Below, one piece after another: positions 7,501 through 10,060 of a DNA stretch of 10,060 nt (its first letter is position 1; the number at the start of each line of letters is the position of its first letter). The translations under genes and the position numbers were made by a program. The DNA comes from Gemmatimonadota bacterium. GTDB taxonomy: Bacteria > Gemmatimonadota > Gemmatimonadetes > Longimicrobiales > Gaopeijiaceae. The stretch is taken from positions 1 through 10,060 of the forward strand of contig JBDHHQ010000137.1 of assembly GCA_039589315.1 (NCBI GenBank). Direction: 5' to 3'. The notes under the pieces were generated by a model that saw only the letters and a list, made by a program, of their open reading frames with translations, was not told the DNA's origin and ran no database searches.

Positions 7501-7613
7501 TGGTCGTGCTTGGCGGGCTGCTCACGTCCACGTTTCTCAACATGGTCGTGGTGCCCACACTGTACCTGCGGTGGGGTCGTGTGGCGGACTCCGCGGCGCG
7601 AAGCCGGGCCTGA
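4515..7613 (+). CDS. czcA: CusA/CzcA-family heavy-metal efflux RND transporter, about 1032 aa
   Basis: MDRVIAWSLGHR...PVDVFPDLTAPTVTV..EA.GMAAEEVERLVTFPIE; TM4 AIAIGALVDDAIIDVEN; GVEGRMLRPL; FLPEFQEG; GFVTLFGIAVRNGILL; ERLNPILMTALTAALALIPL; GKEIQAPLA. ATG 4515 is preferred over the ORF-track GTG 4446 because HME pumps typically begin at this motif. The symbol is a family-level label. Confidence 0.95.
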   Translation: MDRVIAWSLGHRLITLLGALGILIGGGAVALTIPVDVFPDLTAPTVTVLAEAHGMAAEEVERLVTFPIETAVNGSAGVRRVRSSSSQGIAIVWVEFDWGTDIYRARQIVGEKLQLVTAQLPEDMPPPVLAPITSIMGEIMLVGMTGEGVSEMDVRTEADWTVRKRLLAISGVSQVIPIGGQVRQYQVLVDPGRMAALGVTLTEVLRAARESNAVASGGVYLSEGMEVLIRGLGRATSTDDIAQTVVALRDGTPVRLAEVARVEIGPRPRIGTGSVNAGPAVILSVQKQPGVNTLELTERINEELDVLQAQLPPGIRIERDIFRQADFIELAVANVMEALRDGAILVVVVLFLFLWNLRTTGISILAIPLSLAVAVILLRVLGITINTMTLGGMAIAIGALVDDAIIDVENTFRRLRENRHAPESERRPALQVTYEAAREVRGPIVNATAIITVVFLPLFFLTGVEGRMLRPLGLAYILSILASLAVAVTVTPVLCYLLLPSARIMADDRDSWLVRWLKNAYRPLLDSTLRFPVPVALVSTVGVVVTLGAFPFLGRGFLPEFQEGTLTVSAVTVPGTGIVESDQLGNRVEQVLLAHPAVVSTARRTGRAELDEHAQGVNAAEIDVRLDLAVGPVHEVMAELRERVTILPGMNVTIGQPIGHRIDHMLSGTRAAIAVKIFGADLYRLRSLGESVRAAVESVPGVVDLTVEQQSDVPQLRIRADRPAMARFGVTPAQLAEAVDVAFNGEVVSQVLEGQSAFDLVVRYPSELRNAQHRIASARVDAPLGGSVPVSELADVALDRGPNVISREDVQRKIVVQANVQGRDVGSVVEDIQSRVSSEVLLPDGYYVEYGGQFESGRAAARAIGLLSLAAVGAIFLILFHEFGSARLSLLVMVNLPLALIGGVLATWLMGGVLNVATMVGFVTLFGIAVRNGILLVSHYGDLLAEGRPLREAVVQGSMERLNPILMTALTAALALIPLALGGGEPGKEIQAPLALVVLGGLLTSTFLNMVVVPTLYLRWGRVADSAARSRA

Positions 7614-7622
7614 GGTCGAGCC

Positions 7623-9782
7623 CTGAGACTCCTTCTGATCACACTCGGTGCAGGTCTCGCGGCGGTCAGTGGGCTGGTGGCGCAGGAGCGCCCCCGCGCC
7701 ACCGTAGCCGCGGCGCAGGAGCAGGTGCGCATCGACGGGATCCTGGACGAGCCTTCCTGGGCTTCCGCGACACCACTCGACGCGTTGACCATGATCGAGC
7801 CGGTGGAAGGAGACGTGCCCAGCGCCGCTACCGAGGTCCGGGTCATGGCGGACGTCCACAACCTCTACGTGGGGATCCGGGCCCTTGACGACGACCCGGC
7901 TGGGGTCGTCAGCTATTCCAAGGCCAGGGACAGCCAGCTTCGCTCCGAGGACCACATCAAGCTGATCCTCGATCCGTACCTGGACGGCCAGTCGGGTTAC
8001 GTGTTCGCCATCAACCCGGGCGGCGCTCGCTACGATGCCTTGGTGGCGGATCAGGGAACGGGTGAGAATCCCAGCTGGGATGCGGTCTGGGAAGCTGCCA
8101 CACGGTTGACACGAGAGGGATGGGTGGCTGAGATCAGGATTCCCGTTCAGAGCATCACCTTCGACCGTTCGCTCGATGCCTGGGGCTTCAACGTGGAGCG
8201 GCGAGTCCAGCGTTCCCTCGAGGTAAGCCGGTGGGCCAGTCCTCGCAGGGACGCCCTCATTGCCCAGACCAGCCGGGCGGGCCTCATCACGGACCTTCCC
8301 CGGTTCGACCAAGGGGTCGGCCTCACCGTGCGCCCTTCCCTGGTCGGCGACGTGGAGACGGTCGGACCGGACGGCAGTTCGGCCGCGGGCGTGGAGCCGA
8401 GCCTGGACGTGTTCCAGAGGATCGGGTCCAACGCCACCGCCGTTCTTACAGTGAACACCGACTTCGCCGAGACAGAGGTCGACACCCGCCGGACCAACCT
8501 GACCCGCTTCCCCCTCTTCTTCCCCGAGAAGCGGATCTTCTTCCTCGACGGCGTAGACATCTTCGACTTCGGGGCCGGACTTGCCACCTTCCACTCCCCG
8601 GACATCGTTCCCTTCTTCACGCGACGGATCGGCCTGTACGAGGGAGAGCAGGTTCCGGTTCGCGTCGGAGGGAAGGTGAGTGGTCGACAGGGCCGGACCA
8701 ACTTCGGCGGATTGATCACGAGCACCGGCTCGGTCGAGGACCTGGTGGACGGGACCGAGATGGGCGCCTTCCGGGTGAAGCAGAATATCCTGGAGCAATC
8801 CAGCACGGGGATCCTGGCCACGTTCGGGGATCCAGCCGGCCGGTCCGGAAGCTACACGGCCGGTGCAGACTTCATCTTCAACACGTCCCACTTCCTGGGA
8901 TCGAGGAATCTGATCGTGGGCGCGTGGGGGCTGGTAACCGGGCGTGAGGATCTCAGAGGAGACCGGACGGCATTTGGGTTCATCGTGGACTACCCCAATG
9001 ACGTCTGGGATCTGTGGGTCTCGTACAAGCGAATCGGTGACGGCTTCGATCCGTCGTTGGGCTTCGTCCCGCGCAGGGGAGTCCACCTGGCCAACGCGGG
9101 GATCAACTACCGCCTCTGGTCCCCTATACCGTCGGTTCGGAATCTCTACTTCGAGCTGGTACCCATCTTCGCTTGGGACCTCTCCGGCGAGCTCGAGAGC
9201 TACCGCATCTTCACCGCACCGGTGAACGTCCGCTTCGAGAGCGGAGACCGCTTCGAGTTCAACGTCCAGCCGCAGGGCGAGCGGCTTCCGGTCCCATTCG
9301 AGATCGCCGAGGGCGTCGTCATTCCCGTCGGCAGCTACGATTGGGTGCGGTACCGAGCCGAATTGGATCTGGCGAGCAAGCGACTCGTCAGCGGGCGCGT
9401 TTCATGGTGGTTCGGCCCGTTCTACGACGGGGACCTGAGCGAGCTCTCGGCGCGGATCGCGATCAACCCGTCGGACCTCATCAATGTCGAGCTCACCGGC
9501 ACCCGAAACGACGGCTCGCTGCCCGCCGGCGATTTCGTGCAGGAGATCGTCGGTGCACGAATCCGGGTCAACTTCTCCCCGGATCTCCAGCTCAGCTCTC
9601 TGGGCCAATACGAGCGGGAGCGGGGTGAGTTCGGGGCCAATACCCGGCTCCGCTGGACCTTTCACCCCCTGGGTGACCTCTTCGTGGTCTACAACTACAA
9701 CGCGCTGGACGAAATCGGCCGAGGGTGGCAGCTCGACTCCAGTCAACTGCTGGTCAAGGTGCAATACGCTCTGAGGTATTGA
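7623..9782 (+). CDS. DUF5916 domain protein with N-terminal CBM9-like domain (probable outer-membrane beta-barrel), about 719 aa with a CTG start
   Basis: [33 protein letters not shown]......[30 protein letters not shown]...[33 protein letters not shown]-terminal beta-signal-like [11 protein letters not shown]. The start is inferred at CTG 7623, which restores a signal peptide and has an SD at 7612-7616. The ORF track starts at GTG 7677. Confidence 0.85.
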   Translation: MRLLLITLGAGLAAVSGLVAQERPRATVAAAQEQVRIDGILDEPSWASATPLDALTMIEPVEGDVPSAATEVRVMADVHNLYVGIRALDDDPAGVVSYSKARDSQLRSEDHIKLILDPYLDGQSGYVFAINPGGARYDALVADQGTGENPSWDAVWEAATRLTREGWVAEIRIPVQSITFDRSLDAWGFNVERRVQRSLEVSRWASPRRDALIAQTSRAGLITDLPRFDQGVGLTVRPSLVGDVETVGPDGSSAAGVEPSLDVFQRIGSNATAVLTVNTDFAETEVDTRRTNLTRFPLFFPEKRIFFLDGVDIFDFGAGLATFHSPDIVPFFTRRIGLYEGEQVPVRVGGKVSGRQGRTNFGGLITSTGSVEDLVDGTEMGAFRVKQNILEQSSTGILATFGDPAGRSGSYTAGADFIFNTSHFLGSRNLIVGAWGLVTGREDLRGDRTAFGFIVDYPNDVWDLWVSYKRIGDGFDPSLGFVPRRGVHLANAGINYRLWSPIPSVRNLYFELVPIFAWDLSGELESYRIFTAPVNVRFESGDRFEFNVQPQGERLPVPFEIAEGVVIPVGSYDWVRYRAELDLASKRLVSGRVSWWFGPFYDGDLSELSARIAINPSDLINVELTGTRNDGSLPAGDFVQEIVGARIRVNFSPDLQLSSLGQYERERGEFGANTRLRWTFHPLGDLFVVYNYNALDEIGRGWQLDSSQLLVKVQYALRY

Positions 9783-9885
9783 GCACAGTCGCGGATCCGG
9801 CACACTATGGGTCGGCAACGAGACTCGGACCGTCGCACCGCGACGCCGCCGATGCCGTGACAGCCGTCGTCGTATCTCGAGGGAC

Positions 9886-9933
9886 TGTCCCGCCAGGGGC
9901 TCGAACCCCGAAACCACTGATCGAGAGTCAATG
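9886..9933 (-). pseudogene. Degenerate tRNA 3'-half remnant (tRNA-Lys(CTT)-like body; loop now reads CTC), possible att scar
   Basis: Minus strand: C ATTGA CTCTCGA TCAGT GGTTT CGGGG TTCGAGC CCCTG GCGGGAC A. This gives an anticodon stem-loop, a 5-nt variable loop, a T arm with GTTCGA and a 7-nt acceptor strand plus discriminator, all at canonical spacing. There is no D arm, no 5' acceptor strand and no CCA. Confidence 0.65.
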
Positions 9934-10060
9934 AACGACCTCCGAATCGCGTTCCGCTCGCTCGCGCTCAGGCCCGGCTTCTCGGCTGTCGTGATCGCGA
10001 CCCTCGCCATCGGCGTGGGCATCAACACCGCGATCTTCAGCGTCGTGGACGGCGTGTTGC
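9931..10060 (+). CDS. ABC transporter permease, MacB-like/ADOP duplicated-permease family, 3'-truncated by the window edge
   Basis: Translates as [43 protein letters not shown], the characteristic DLR.A.R.L...PGF......[17 protein letters not shown]-terminus. It is not in the ORF track because there is no stop codon in the window. Confidence 0.88.
   Translation, partial: MNDLRIAFRSLALRPGFSAVVIATLAIGVGINTAIFSVVDGVL

Noticed and set aside
3326..9086. Long alternative-frame and antisense ORFs (3326..4819-, 4872..7013-, 5576..7888+, 7038..9086-)
   Set aside because: They are shadows of real GC-rich genes, with Arg/Gly/Pro/His-skewed composition and no recognisable domains.
9785..9888. NiCo (czcD) riboswitch in the spacer after DUF5916 (GGCAAC and GGGAC strings, closing ACAGTC/GACTGT stem), and likewise in 1553-1728
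   Set aside because: The conserved CUGAGCAGG junction and four-way layout are not evident. An Infernal search with the NiCo model would be decisive.
9886..9960. Functional tRNA-Glu(CTC) gene
   Set aside because: There is no D arm or 5' acceptor strand complementary to GCGGGAC; the upstream sequence is the permease antisense.

Overview
A GC-rich bacterial window dominated by a metal-homeostasis locus. The gene mix (ADOP-like permease, DUF5916, orphan CopC) suggests Gemmatimonadota or Acidobacteriota, which is inference only. From left to right: the 3' part of a DUF4198 periplasmic protein (+), then a convergent copC (-) whose promoter carries a perfect 16-bp palindrome. Next come a 23-bp tandem repeat array and a probably leaderless 114-aa His-rich exported peptide ending in the RAPP ribosome-arrest motif. 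A highly structured 176-nt spacer follows, then a CzcCBA-like heavy-metal RND efflux operon (TolC-family channel, lipoprotein adaptor, HME-RND pump). A DUF5916/CBM9-like outer-membrane protein is coupled to the pump gene and appears to start at a CTG codon. The window ends with a degenerate tRNA 3'-half remnant (-) and the start of a MacB/ADOP-like ABC permease. The most notable signal is a candidate Cys-free, His-based metal-sensing arrest peptide plus RNA switch controlling the efflux operon. All family calls are from motif recognition by eye; no searches were run.
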